Notes: generated from the sequence alone by a model not told the origin. Shown: positions 1 to 13,041, counted from the stretch's first letter. The stretch is 64,000 bases of DNA from Zygnema circumcarinatum SAG 698-1b (GCA_037447605.1 CM074817.1:2294001-2358000), one strand, 5' to 3'. Translations and numbers: made by a program.

Positions 1-410
1 GGATTCTAGCTGGTGATGAGGAATTTTGGTTTGTAGCGTTTCCTCAGAAGATGGAGTCTGATGAAGTCTCACTTTGGAAGGAGGAAAAAAAAAAAATTCA
101 ATACTGCAAATGTAATTCCAGCTTGTCTTCAGATCCGTTCAACAGAGCTTGCCATTCAGAGCATGGAACTTTTGCATAAGTCGTGACGTCACGCAGTCAT
201 TCAACTGCTGCCCCATCTAACCCTTATTTCTTCTCATCGCCACTTCATTTCGGATTTCTTTCCGCCTTAACACCCCACTTTTTTGCACCTCTAATTTATC
301 TCTCTCTCTATCTCTCTCTCTCGCTATCTCTGTCCCCCCCTTCGCTCTCCTCCTCTCTCTCGCCCGTCCCCTCCCTCCCCCCTCTTTCTCTCGCCCTTCC
401 CCCCTCTCTC

Positions 411-442
<32 letters not shown>

Positions 443-486
443 GCTCTCTCTCTCTCTCCCTCTCTCCTTGCATTTTCCGTGTGCAG

Positions 487-1200
487 ATCTAGTGGAGAAG
501 TTTGTCGTCCTGGACACAGGGAAGTGGGAGTGTCGGTCCTGCGGTTACGTGTACAACCAAACGGAGGGCGATCCGACCTACCCCGTGGCGGCTGGTGAGT
601 GGTCCAGGGGGCGGGGTTTAGGGTTCAGGGCTGAAGGGTTTTAGGGTTAAGAGCATAGACACAATCTCAACGATACATGCGTCAACCTTTCCGAACCTCA
701 CACTTACCATTTGGATATCTTTTCAAATAAATTTTTAATTTTGAAGTGGAACCTTAAGCATTGTGATTTGGGCGTTTGAGGGTTTTTAGATATTTGAAAT
801 GGCTGACCTGATTTTGTGGTTCAGATTAGTTGGTGGTTAGGATCTAAGAAATACAAAAAACCAGAATTTTCTATGTTTTGTTGTTGTTTAGTGAACTTAT
901 CATTGAAAAAAAGACCTTTTTTTTTCCCAAAAAATACATGGTTCTCAAGTCTGTCTGTATACATGTGGTGGGGGTGCAGGGACGGACTTCAAAACTTTGC
1001 CCGAGGATTGGCGCTGCCCGACTTGTGGGGCAGCCCAAACTTTGTTCCAAAGCAAAAGCCGCGAAGTGGCCGGGTTCGCGCAGAATCAGAGTTACGGTTT
1101 GGGCGGAAACTCGCTCACGGCGGGGCAGAAAAGCATTCTCATATATGGCTCGCTGCTCTTCTTTTTTGCCCTCTTCCTTTCGGGGTATTTCCTGGACTGA
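487..1200 (+). CDS. RBD1: Chloroplast rubredoxin with C-terminal TM helix (PSII assembly factor); last two exons 487-594 and 980-1200, 5' exon(s) not seen
   Basis: Spliced: ..DLVEKFVVLDTGKWECRSCGYVYNQTEGDPTYPVAAG/TDFKTLPEDWRCPTCGAAQTLF..YGSLLFFFALFLSGYFLD*. Two CxxC rubredoxin knuckles, GT-AG phase-1 intron. Confidence 0.93.
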
Positions 1201-1297
1201 GCTGAGCTGAGCTGAGGAAAACAAGCATGTTGTTCTATGTGTGACATAGAGAGAGAGAGGAAGTGAGAGAGACAGAGAGAGTGAAAGAGAAAGAGAG

Positions 1298-1375
<78 letters not shown>

Positions 1376-2739
1376 GGGCTGAGAAAATAGGGTTCTACCG
1401 TTTTTTTTTTTCGATTTCCATTAAAATATATGGAAACGGTAAGCGGTAGATACATCATCTGGGTTTTTTTGGGCTTCCACTTTGTTTGTACTCCTTTGGC
1501 GGATACGCGGTAATGTATGGGGGGGCAGTTTTGAAGTATTTATCGAATCGCAGATAGAGGGGCGATGTGGTCGCTTGGAAATGTGGGCTACTGATTAAAA
1601 CCCACAAAAAAATTTACCGGGGGCAACTTGATCTTTCGTTGGAAATTTAGTTTTTTTTTTTGTTTTTTTTTGGAAATTAAGTGCAAGGGTGACGGCGGCA
1701 CATGCAGCGAGTGTTGGCATGAATGTTGGCTTTCTGCGAAATCAAATATCGTTCCTTGACGAATGTGCTGGTGGGTGGCTTCACAGAGGAGACCTTCCAT
1801 TGATTTGTGTGAGAGAGAGAGAGAGTGTTCGAGAGAGAGAAAAGATACGAGGCTCTTCCTCCATCTCCCACACCTCTCCATCCATTTCATCTTCGCACTC
1901 TCTCCCCTCCTTTCCACCACTCCCCCCCCCCCTCTCCTTCCTATCCCGCTCCCCTCCACCGGTCCTCTCTCTCCCTCTTTCCCTCTTCTCCGTGTCCTAT
2001 CTCCCCCTCCCATCACCTCTACCTTCTCTCCTCTCTCTTCCTCGTCTCCTCTCAACCCCACGCGTCTCTTCGCTTCCGCACGGGGATCCCTCCCTCCGCT
2101 GCTCTCTCTCTCTCCCTCCCTCCCTCTCTCCACTCCCTCCCTTCCTCCCCTCTCCCACCCTCCCCTCCCCTCCCCNNNNNNNNNNCCCCCTCTGCTCCTC
2201 TCCCTCTCTCCCTCTTTCTTCTCCCTCTCTCTCGCAACACTCGCCGGTAGAAAAGCCAACGTCAAACGTCGCCGGCGCCCGCGCCAGCCGCCAGCTTTGT
2301 ACGGCCGCCGCAGACAGTCGCGTCCCCCTTCTTGTTATCTAGAGAATCGAATATCATTACATATCGAGATAATAATATCGATAATATTCGATATGATACG
2401 ATACTGACCTATTTTGGGTAAATTCGATACGACGCTGCTCCGTTACCCGTCGAATTTAACGGAATCTACCAGTTTTCGTAACTGCCGCATGGAACATCGG
2501 AGGGTTCGCCCTCCTCGCTCGGAGGGCTCCCTTCGCACGCGTGAGGAGCGCTCCTGCTCTCCCTCCTGCAGGGCAGCCATGGCGGCTACTCCCTCCACAG
2601 ATCCATGGGAAGGTCACAGAAACGGAGGAAATTACAACGGATCTGCATAGGAAAGTCGTCAATGTTGCAGAGAATTAATTAAATATTTTAATGTTTTGAA
2701 GGGAGGCGGTTTGATTTTGGCGATCTTTGAGAGGGCGCG

Positions 2740-5700
2740 ATGTCGGCGCAGGATCCCTTCTATCTCGTGAAGGAGGAGATTCAGGAGACGGTGCTGTCTT
2801 CATCCCTCCTTTTATTTCTTAAGATGACGATGAAGATGAAGTAATGCACCTGCGGAAGTTTGTGAACTTGTGCGGTATGAAGGGTTGGATAGGTTCACTG
2901 CAAAAAACTGGAGGGACAGTGTTCCTGTTCTCCTTTTTTTTTCAATAAAAATAAAAAATCCCTTATAATTAGAACCACGACTTGGATGCTGCTGAAACTG
3001 AAACTGAAACTGAAACCCAACCGAAACTGTATCACGAAAAACTGAGCACATAAAACCGCCTTTGAATGCGGGACAGATCTATACAGTTTTTCTTTTTTTG
3101 CCAATTTTTTTAAGCTTAATGGGATCGGCAAATGCAGGTCGACAAAATCAAAAAAGGTCATTTGGAGTATGAGAAAATGAGTCCGTTGGAACGGGAGGAG
3201 CGTTACAAGGAACTTGTGGCGGGCTGCGAGAGCATAGAATGGCAGGTGAGGGCTCAGAATCTATGGTTGAACCCTACGCCTCAGGAGGGAGGGTTCAGGG
3301 TTCAGACCTTCAAAGCGGAGAACTGCAACTCGGTTTATGCTGTTTCACGAGTATTTGTAGAATGCGATGCCATGAAAATGCAGTTACTACTGCGTTTTAC
3401 GGGTTTCCGTAGAATGCGACGACATGGAAATGCAGTTACTACTGCGTTTTACGGGTTTTCGTAGAATGCGGTGACATGGAACGGGGGGGGGGCTGCAGTT
3501 GGAGGAGCTGGACAAGGCCGTGTCGGTGGCGGAGCGCGACCCTCTCCGCTTCAGCGTCGACGCGGCGGAGATCGAACGGCGCCGCCGCTGGAGCTCGCTC
3601 GCGCACAGTCAGGTCGGCAACCGCTCCGAGGGGGCAGGGGTTTAGGGTTCAGGGGTTTGGGTTTTAGGGTTTGAGGTTAGGGTTTAGGGTTTAGGTTTCA
3701 GGGATTTAGGGTTCAGGGATTTAGGGTTCAGGGGTTTGGGTTGTAGAATTAGAGGTTAGGGTTTAGGGTGTAGGGTTTCAGAGTTTTAGGGTTTCAGGGT
3801 TTTAGGGCTCAGGGCTTTGGGTTTTAGGGTTAGAGGTTAGGGTTTAGGGTTTAGGGTTTCAGGGTTTTAGGGTTCAGGGCTTTGGATTTTAGGGTTAGAG
3901 GTTAGGGTTTAGGGTTTCAGGTTTTTAGGGTTCAGGGCTTTGGGTTTTAGGGCTAGAGGTTAGGGTTTAGGGTTTCAGGGTTTTAGGGTTCAGGGCTTTG
4001 GGTTTTAGGGTTTAGGGTTTCAGGGGTTGGGCTGTAGGGGTCAGTGTCTTGGATCTTAGGGTTCAGGGCTTAGGGTTGAGGGTGTAAGGCTTTAGTGTTC
4101 AGGGTTTAGGGTTTCAGGGTCAGGCTTAGGCTTTTAGGGTTGAGGGTTTAAGGGTTGGGTTTAGGGTTTCAGGGTTGAGGGTTTAAGGGTTCAGGGTTTA
4201 CGGTTTTAAAGGTTTAGGGTAGGGTTTCAGGGGTGCAGGGTTTAAGATTTTACGGTTAAAGGTTCAGGATGTAGGGTTTTAGGGTTTAGGGGCTAGTTTC
4301 AATGTTTAAGGTTTTAGCTCTGATTGTTATTATGAGTTTTTTCAGGTGTCGTTCATTCTAGGGCTTTAGAGTTTTTCACGTTCACATTAGGGTCTCAGAG
4401 TGTGCGATGGCTTAGGGTTTAAGGGCTGGCTTTAAAACCTGCACCTTTTACAAGGACCAAAACCCGCAGGATCCTTAAACCCTGACATCCTTAAACCCTG
4501 CTTCAAGCGTTTGTCAATACAAAACAAATTTTCTCATTTTTTTTTTCCCCCCCTTCTGGCTGCCCGTGCAGATAGCTCTGATCAAAAGGTCTCTCGCCCA
4601 ATCCACGGCCGACCGGCCAGCAGCTGCCCCGAAAGACGGGCAGCGGCGAGAACTTCTCCGGCTGCCCGAGTCCAGCGCGGCGGCGGGCCGGGCCGGCCCC
4701 CGGGCAGATGCGAACATTGTCCGCGGAAACGAGGCCTTCATTGGGGGAGAGGACGACCGCCAGGCACTCCTCATCAGGTGCTGTCTCTCTCTCTCTCTCT
4801 CTCCCTCTCTCTCCCTGTCTCTCTCCCTGTCTCTCTCTCTCTGTCTCTCTCTCTCTCTCTCACTCTCTCTCCCACTCTCTCTCCAACTCTCTCCCCCCCT
4901 CTCTCTCTCCCTCTTTCTCTCTCCCTCTCTCTCCCTCTTTCTCTCCCTCTCTCGCTTCCCCCCCCTCTCTCTCGCTCCCCCCCTCTCTCGCTCCCTCTCT
5001 CTCCCTCTCTCTCTCCCTCCCTCTATCTCTCGCTCCCCACCTCTCTCTCTCGCTCCTTCTCGCTTTCTCTCTCTCCCTCTCTCTCTCGCTCCCCCCATCC
5101 CTCTCTCGCTCCCCCCATCCCTCTCTCGCTCCCTCCCTCTCTCTCCCTCTCTCTTTCTGTTTCTCTCTCTATCTCGCTCTCAGCGCGTGTGCTCGGGCCT
5201 CTCTTACCTCACCCTTTTTGTACTTTCTAATCCATTGTTCTTCGTAGAGAGCCTACTTTCCAACTCCGCTCTCCTCTCGTCACTCCACCTCCCTCCCTCC
5301 CTCCCTCCCCACCCACTCTCTCCTCCCTCCGTTTCCCTCTCTTTCATGTTACTCATTGCTTCATTCTCCCTCTCCACTCCCTCCTCCCTCCCTCCCTCCC
5401 TCCCTCTCCCTCTCCCTCCCCCCCCTCAGACAGCAGGACGAGCACCTCGAGCAGATGAGTATGAGTTTGGCCAAAATCGGCGGCTTGGGCATCGCCATCC
5501 ACGAGGAGCTCGGCTCGCAGGTACGGGGGCTAGGGGCTAGGGGCTAGGGGCTAGGGGCTAGGGGCTAGGGGCTAGGGGCTAGGGGCTAGGGGCTAGGGGC
5601 TAGGGGCCAGGGGCTGGGGCTAGGGGCTAGGGGCCAGGGGCTAGGGCGTAGGGGCTAGGGGCGGCTAGGGGGCTAGGGAGGCTAGGGGCTAGGGGCCTAG

Positions 5701-8700
5701 GGAGCTAGGGGGCTAGGGGCTAGGGGCTAGGGGCTAGGGGCTAGGGGCTAGGGGCCTAGGGGCTAGGGGCCTAGGGGCTAGGGGCTAGGGGGCTAGGGGC
5801 TAGGAGCTAGGGGCTAGGGGCTAGGGGCTAGGGAGGCTAGGGGAGCTAGGGGGCTAGGGGCTAGGAGGGCTAGGGGCTAGGGGCTAGGGGCTAGGGAGCT
5901 AGGGGCTAGGGGCTAGGGAGCTAGGGGCTAGGGGAGCTAGGGGGCTAGGGAGCTAGGGGCTAGGGGCTAGGGGCTAGGGGCGGCTAGGGGCGGCTAGGGG
6001 GCTAGGGGCTAGGGGCTAGGGGCTAGGGGCTAGGGGCTAGGGGGCTAGGGGCTAGGGGCTAGGGGCTAGGGGCTAGGGGCTCGGGGGCTAGGGGCTAGGG
6101 GCTAGGGGCCTAGGGGCTAGGGAGCTAGGGGCTAGGGGCTAGGGGCTAGGGGCTAGGGAGGCTAGGGGAGCTGGGGCTAGGGGCCTAGGGGCTAGGGGCT
6201 AGGGGCTAGGGGCTAGGGGCTAGGGGCTAGGGGCTAGGGGCTAGGGAGGGCTAGGGGCTAGGGGCTGGGGCTAGGGGCTAGGGGCTAGGGGCCTAGGGAG
6301 CTAGGGCTAGGGGCTAGGGAGGCTAGGGGCTAGGGGCTAGGGGCTAGGGGCTAGGGGCTAGGGGCTAGGGGCTAGGGGCTAGGGGCTAGGGGCTAGGGGC
6401 TAGGGAGCTAGGGCTAGGGGCCTAGGGGCTAGGGGCTAGGGGCTAGGGGCTAGGTTCTAGGGGCTAGGGGCTAGGGGCTAGGGGCTAGGGGCTAGGGGCC
6501 TAGGGGCTGGCTAGGGGAGCTAGGGGGCTAGGGGCTAGGAGCTAGGGGCTAGGGGCTAGGGGCTAGGGGCTAGGGGCTAGGGGCTAGGGAGGAGGGCTAG
6601 GGGCTAGGGGCTAGGGGCTAGGGGCTAGGGGCTAGGGGCTACAGGGGCTAGGGAGGCTAGGGGCTAGGGGCTAGGGTCTAGGGTCTAGGGGCTAGGGGCT
6701 AGGGTCTAGGGGCTAGGGGCTAGGGGCTAGGGGCTAGGGGCTAGGGGCTAGGGGCTAGGGGCTGGCTAGGGGCTAGGGTCTAGGGGCTAGGGGCTAGAGG
6801 GCTGGGGGCTAGGGGCTAGGGGCTAGGGGCTAGGGGCTAGGGGCTAGGGGCTAGGGGCTAGGGAGGCTAGGGGAGCTAGGGGGCTAGGGGCTAGGGAGCT
6901 AGGGAGCTAGGGGGCTAGGGGCTAGGGGCTAGGGGCTAGGGGCTAGGGAGCTAGGGGCTAGGGGCTAGGGGCTAGGGGCTAGGGGCTAGGGGCTAGGGGC
7001 TAGGAGCTAGGGAGGCTAGGGGTTAGGGGCTAGGGGCTAGGGGCTAGGGGCTAGGGGCTAGGGGCTAGGGGCTAGGGGCTAGGGGCTAGGGGCTAGGGGC
7101 TAGGGAGCTAGGGAGCTAGGGGCTAGGGAGACTAGGGGCTAGGGGCTGGGGCTAGGGGCTAGGGGCTAGGGGCCTAGGGGCTAGGGGCTAGGGGCTAGGG
7201 GCTAGGGGCTAGGGGCTAGGGGCTAGGCCAGGGGCCAGGCCAGGGGCTAGGGGCTAGGGGCTAGGGGCTAGGGAGGCTAGGGGAGCTAGGGGCTAGGGGC
7301 TAGGGGCTGGGGCTAGGGGCTAGGGGCTAGGGGCTAGGGGCCAGGGGCTGGGGCTAGGGGCGGCTAGGGGGCTAGGGAGCTAGGGGCTGAGGCTGGGGGC
7401 TGGGGCTAGGGGCTAGGGGCTAGGGGCTAGGGGCTAGGGGCTAGGGGCTAGGGGCTAGGGGCTAGGGGAGCTAGGGCTAGGGGCTAGGGGCTAGGGGCTA
7501 GGGGCTGGCTAGGGGGAGCTAGGGAGCTAGGGAGCTAGGGAGCTAGGGAGCTAGGGAGCTAGGGGCTAGGGGCTAGGGGCTAGGGGGGGCTAGGGGCTAG
7601 GGGGTAGGGGCTAGGGGCTGGGGGCTAGGGGCTGGGGCTGGGGCTAGGGGCTAGGGGCTAGGGGCTAGGAGACTGGGGCTAGGGGCTAGGGGCTAGGGGC
7701 TAGGGGCTGGGGCTAGGGGCTAGGGGCTAGGGGCTAGGGAGGCTAGGGGCTAGGGGAGCTAGGGGCTAGAGGGCTGGGGGCTAGGGGCTGGGGGCTAGGG
7801 GCTGGGGGCTAGGGGCTAGGGGCTAGGGTTAGGGGCTAGGGGCTGAGGCTAGGGGCTGGGGCTAGGGGCCTAGGGGCTAGGGAGGGCTAGGGGCTAGGGG
7901 CTAGGGGCTAGGGGCTAGGGGGCTAGGGGCTAGGGGCTAGGGGCTGGGGCTAGGGGCTAGGGGCTAGGGGCTAGGGGCTAGGGGCTAGGGGCTAGGGGCT
8001 AGGGGCTAGGGGCTAGGGGCTAGGGAGGCTAGGGGAGCTAGGGGCTAGGGGCTAGGGGCTGGCTAGGGGGCTAGGGGCTGAGGGGCTAGGGGCTAGGGAG
8101 GCTAGGGGCTAGGAGCTAGGGAGCTAGGGCTAGGGGCTAGGGGCTAGGGGCTAGGGGCTAGGGGCTAGGGGCTAGGGGAGCTAGGGAGCTAGGGAGCTAG
8201 GGGCTAGGGGTTAGGGGCTAGGGGCTAGGGGCTAGGGGCTAGGGGCTAGGGGCTAGGGGCTAGGGGCTAGGGGCTAGGGGCTAGGGGCTAGGGGCTAGGG
8301 GCTAGGGGCTAGGGGCTAGGGGCTAGGGGCTAGGGGCTAGGGGCTAGGGGCTAGGGTAGGGTTTAGGGGCTAGGGTTTAGGGGCTAGGGTTTAGGGGCTA
8401 GGCTCTAGGTTCTAGGGGCTAGGGGCTAGGGGCTAGGGGCTAGGGGCTAGGGGCTAGGGGCTAGGGGCTAGGGGCTAGGGGCTAGGGTTTAGGGGCTAGG
8501 GTTTAGGGGCTAGGGTTTAGGGGCTAGGCTCTAGGTTCTAGGGGCTAGGGGCTAGGGGCTAGGGGCTAGGGGCTAGGGGCTAGGGGCTAGTGGCGACCTG
8601 CAACCACCTCGGGTCTAGGGTGGGGCTAGGGTTTAGGGTTTTAGGGTTTAGGGGCTAGGGGGTAGAGGCTATGGTTTAGGGCTTTAAGAGTAGGGTTTAG

Positions 8701-10290
8701 GGGATTTAGGGGCTAGGGTGTAGGGTTTTAGGGTTAGGGTTTAGGGGCTAGGGTTTAGGGTTTAGGGGCTAGGGTTTAGGGGCTAGGCTCTAGGTTCTAG
8801 GGGCTAGGGAGTAGGGTTTAGGGGATTTAGGGGCTAGGGTGTAGGGTTTTAGGGTTAGGGTTTTAGGGGCAAGAGCTTAAAGTGTTAGGGGCTAGGGTTT
8901 AGGGGCTAGGGTTTAGGGGCTAGGCTCTAGGTTCTAGGGGCTAGGGGCTAGGGGCTAGGGGCTAGGGGCTAGGGGCTAGGGGCTAGGGGCTAGGGGCTAG
9001 GGGCTAGGGGCTAGGGGCTAGGGGCTAGGGGCTAGGGGCTAGGGTCTAGGGTCTAGGGGCTAGGGGCTAGGGGCTGGGGCTGGGGCTAGGGGCTAGGAGC
9101 TAGGGAGGCTAGGGGCTAGGGAGACTAGGGAGCTAGGGAGCTGGGGCTAGGGGCTAGGGGCTAGGGGCTAGGGGCTAGGGGCTAGGGGCTAGGAGACTGG
9201 GGCTAGGGGCTAGGGGCTAGGGGCTGGCTAGGGGGCTAGGGGCTAGGGGCTAGGGGCTAGGGGCTAGGGGCTGGCTAGGGGGCTAGGGGCTAGGGGCTAG
9301 GGGCTAGGGGCTAGGGGCTAGGGGCTAGGGGCTAGGGGCTAGGGGCTAGGGGCTAGGGGCTAGGGGCTAGGGGCTAGGGGCTAGGGTTTAGGGGCTAGGG
9401 TTTAGGGGCTAGGCTCTAGGTTCTAGGGGCTAGGGGCTAGGGGCTAGGGGCTAGGGGCTAGGGTCTAGGGTCGGGGGTTTTAGGGTTGAAGGTTAAGGAT
9501 GGAGGGGGGTTGGGGTCTGGGATTTAATGTTTGGTGTTTAGCGGCCACCTTCAGGGTTTTTGGGGCCTGGGGTTCAGAGTTTGGAGTTTTGTGTTCAGGA
9601 TTTTAGTTGTGGCGTTTGGGGTTCAGGGTTTAAGGTTTGCTCCATTCTAATGGGCAGGTTTTGAGGCTTCGAGCATAGGCACATAAGTGCATGGGGAGGG
9701 AGACAGGGTTCCTGTAATGACTCACTCATTGGCAGCTGTTTACGTTCCTCTCTCTCTCTCGCACTCTCTCTCTCTCTCGTTCACTCTCTCTGTCTCTCTC
9801 TCTCCTCTCCCACTTCCTACTTGCAGGACAAGCTCATCTCTGAACTGAACTCAGACGTGGAAAACACCAACTCTCGCCTGGGCATGGTTCAGGTGCGCTT
9901 TGGGACGGGGCAGGAAATACGCATAGAAGGGTTTAGGGTTTAGAGATTAGGGTTTTGAAGGGAACGACTTCTTGATGGTTTTGTGACTTTGGTTTTGTTT
10001 AACTTCTGGTTCGATCCTATTTGCTTCCAAAAAATGCCAATCTTTCATAGTCTGGAAAACAATGCTAACTTTGTCTTCAATAGCTGACATCCCCCCCTCC
10101 CCCTCCCCCACTCTCTCTCTATCGCTCTTGCTTTCCCTCCCTCTCTCTCCCTCTCTCTCTCACTCTCTCTCGCATGCAGAAAAAGATGCAGGCAGTGCTG
10201 AAGAAGGCGGGCGTGAAGGGGCAGCTCTGCCTCATCATCGCTCTCATCATTCTCCTTCTCGTCCTCATCGTGCTCGTCTTCTACACGTGA
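2740..10290 (+). CDS. SYP61: Syntaxin-6-like Qc-SNARE, about 248 aa; exons 2740-2790, 3138-3245, 3499-3612, 4572-4777, 5430-5520, 9827-9892, 10180-10290
   Basis: MSAQDPFYLVKEEIQET start, ESIEWQLEELDKAV, SNARE motif QQDEHLEQMS..IHEELGSQDKLISEL, C-terminal TM anchor; all splice phases consistent. Confidence 0.95.
3357..3480. repeat. 52-bp tandem repeat (about 2.4 copies) at the 3' end of SYP61 intron 2
   Basis: GTAGAATGCG..TGCAGTTACTACTGCGTTTTACGGGTTT units start at 3357, 3409 and 3461. Confidence 0.9.
3635..4300 (+). repeat. Degenerate telomere-like array (TTTAGGG/TTCAGGG) with about 58-bp higher-order unit, SYP61 intron 3
   Basis: CAGGGCTTTGG recurs at 3810, 3875, 3933 and 3991 among TTTAGGG and TTCAGGG units. 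Confidence 0.85.
5526..9470 (+). repeat. (GGGGCTA)n heptamer satellite, about 3.9 kb, filling SYP61 intron 5
   Basis: Direct reading; begins about 5 nt after the GT donor; canonical GGGTTTA units interspersed at about 8350-8930 and 9385. Confidence 0.97.
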
Positions 10291-10624
10291 CGTGACCGTT
10301 GTACATAACAGCATAGAACGGCGTTTCAGTTACTGTAACACTCTAAACTGGACTGCCATGGAAACCCTAACTCGGCTCTGCTTAGCTCGACCGTTCACTT
10401 TCGTTTAGGTGCCATCCATTGAAGGCCATTTATGGAAGGAGGGGGGCGGCCGAGAGAGGGAGATGAGAGAGAGAGGAAGAGGAAGAGAAGTGGGGGAGAG
10501 TGAGCTAGAGGTGGGAGGGGAAGGGGGGGGGGAAGGGGAGAGAGGAAGAGAGGAAAAGGGTTGATTGAGGGAGTAAACGAGAGAGCGTGGGAAATTGGAG
10601 GGAGACAGGTGAGGAGAGATGGGG

Positions 10625-10706
<82 letters not shown>

Positions 10707-11671
10707 AGTGCGAGAGAGAGGGAGAGTGTGGAAGAAATAATGGAAGAGATATCGGACGAGGGAGATCGGAGTACATACAAGTTGAGAGAAGTTAGTGTGA
10801 GTATGCGGGAGAGAGTGTGAGAGAGAGAGAGAATGAGAGAGAGAATGAGAGAGAGAGAGAATGAGAGAGAGAGTAGTCTGCCTTTTTGGAGGAAAATAGG
10901 GAATGGAAAGGTCTAGCGTTGACTTCCTTTGTAAGTGGTTAGGACAGGTTTGGCCTCGTTGGGGGTATTGGGGGACATCTTGAAAAAAAAGAAAATGTTC
11001 TTTTGCAGCGAAGTAATCAATGAATTATTCTTGGCAATTTCTTCGAAACGTATATTTTTCTGGTAGAGAAAACTACGGAAAACTACGTCTATGCGTTACG
11101 ATATGGCACGATACGATACGATTTTAAACGATACAGTACGATACGGTACGGTATGGTACGATACAATACGTACGGTCCAACATGAACTCTAACATAATAC
11201 CGCCCGTCTATTGGTAACACGAACCTTCTATTTGCAAAAATCAAGATTTTCGCCTCATATTTGCCAAAACCATGGCGAAAATATGACGACTGTTGACTGT
11301 ACAGCACTGTATCGTACGGACGGTTCAAGTGCCGTGGTGGCCAACCATTGGCCGCAGTCCAACCGCGGCCAATGGTTATCGTGACGTCACAGGACGTTAC
11401 TGACGTCACGAGGCGTCAACCTAAATTGTTTTAAAAGTGTTATAAAATGGGCCCTACTATTCAGAACGCGTTATAAAAGGAATATAAAAGTCACAAATCA
11501 ATTTTACGGCCATCTCTACTGGTCACAGGCAGATGAATAATTCTTCACATCACGAAATCTTAAATTATTTTTGAAAAGAAAATGGAACATATATGATTTT
11601 TTTTGCGATTTCCACAAACATAGCGCAACTTTACTGAATTGGAGGCGGTTGCGTGTTTCCAGGACCCTATA

Positions 11672-11789
11672 CCCTAAACCCTAAACCCTAAACCCTAAAC
11701 CCTAAACCCTAAACCCTAAACCCTAAACCCTAAACCCTAAACCCTAAACCCTAAACCCTAAACCCTAAACCCTGACCTTAAACCCTAAA
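11672..11789 (-). repeat. Interstitial telomeric repeat: 14 perfect CCCTAAA copies plus degenerate tail
   Basis: (CCCTAAA)14 at 11672-11769. Confidence 0.95.
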
Positions 11790-13041
11790 CCTTTAGGAGG
11801 TGAAACTATCCAAGGGTTTAATCACAACAGCTTTCAGCTCAAGATGAGCGAACAAACCTACGAAGCATTTACAGCGCCGGAAATTAAAAAGTGCATAAAC
11901 AAGGTAAAGTATGAGCGTAACAAATAACGATTCTAGGCTCAAATCGATAAAAAAAACTTGTGTCGAACGAAGCTTTGCGTTGAGGCACTTGGACCGTTGA
12001 CCGTTGACTTTCAGTTCCTTCTTGACTGCAACCGTACAGTTCTGTGCTCCGCTTATTCTCTGCCGTTTCTCCGTTCCGTTCTTGTCCCGTTCTATGCATA
12101 AATTATCGTTGACGGATTTCTGCATTGCCAAGAACACGAGTACGAACGAATTAGAACGACGAAGATCAAAATCGCCGATTGACTAGAGGTCGATGACTCC
12201 CTCTCCTCTGCCATCTCCCTACCGTCTCACTCCCTCCTCCACATTCCCCCCTCTCTCTCCCCCTCCTCTTCCCCCTCTCCCTCTCCCTCCCCCTCTCCCC
12301 CCTCTCTCTTTCCCCCCTCTCTCTCTCCCCGTCTCTCTCCCACCCCCACTTCTTCCTCTCTCTCCCTCCCCTCTCTCGCTCCCTCNNNNNNNNNNCCACT
12401 TCTTCCTCTCTCTCCCTCCCCTCTCTCGCTCCCTCCCCCCTCACTCTCCCCCCCCTCCCCCCCCTCTCCCTCCCCCCTCCCTCTCTCCCACTCTCCTTCT
12501 CTCTTCCTTCACCTCTCTCTCCCCCGCCGTCCCTCCTCTGTCTCCCTCTCCCTCTCCCCTTCCACCTCTCTCCCATAACTCTCTCCCCCTCCCCCACTAC
12601 CCCCCTCCCTCTCTCTCCCCCTCTCTCCCCCTCTCTCCTCCACCTCCCTTTCCCCCAGCTACAGCTCAACTAATAAAGAACAACACACATTCACCAAAAT
12701 CATTCGCACAAAAAAAAAATTCAAATATCATACCTCTGTTGGCTCGTTGCAGCCTTGTTTCGCCCTTTGCCCGCTTCCTCGGGCAGCTCAAAATTTCTCA
12801 AAAATTTGGAGAAACTATTTCTCCTCTGGCCTCTCCTCTCCTTAATGTTCGCCGGAATACAGGAAAACACGGCTTGCCCAAAAATGATTTTCTTCGCTAG
12901 AGATTAAATCTCGAGCCTCCGTCGGATTCTCCCAAAATTGCAAATTCCGAATCTTAAAATTTTGCAATATATTTTCACATATGTTCTCAACCCTTTTTAG
13001 ATATATATGTAACGGAACGGAACTGTAACTGGAACTGAGGC

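Noticed and set aside
10005-10020. GGTTCGATCC tRNA T-arm-like motif
   Set aside because: No D-arm, anticodon arm or acceptor stem upstream.
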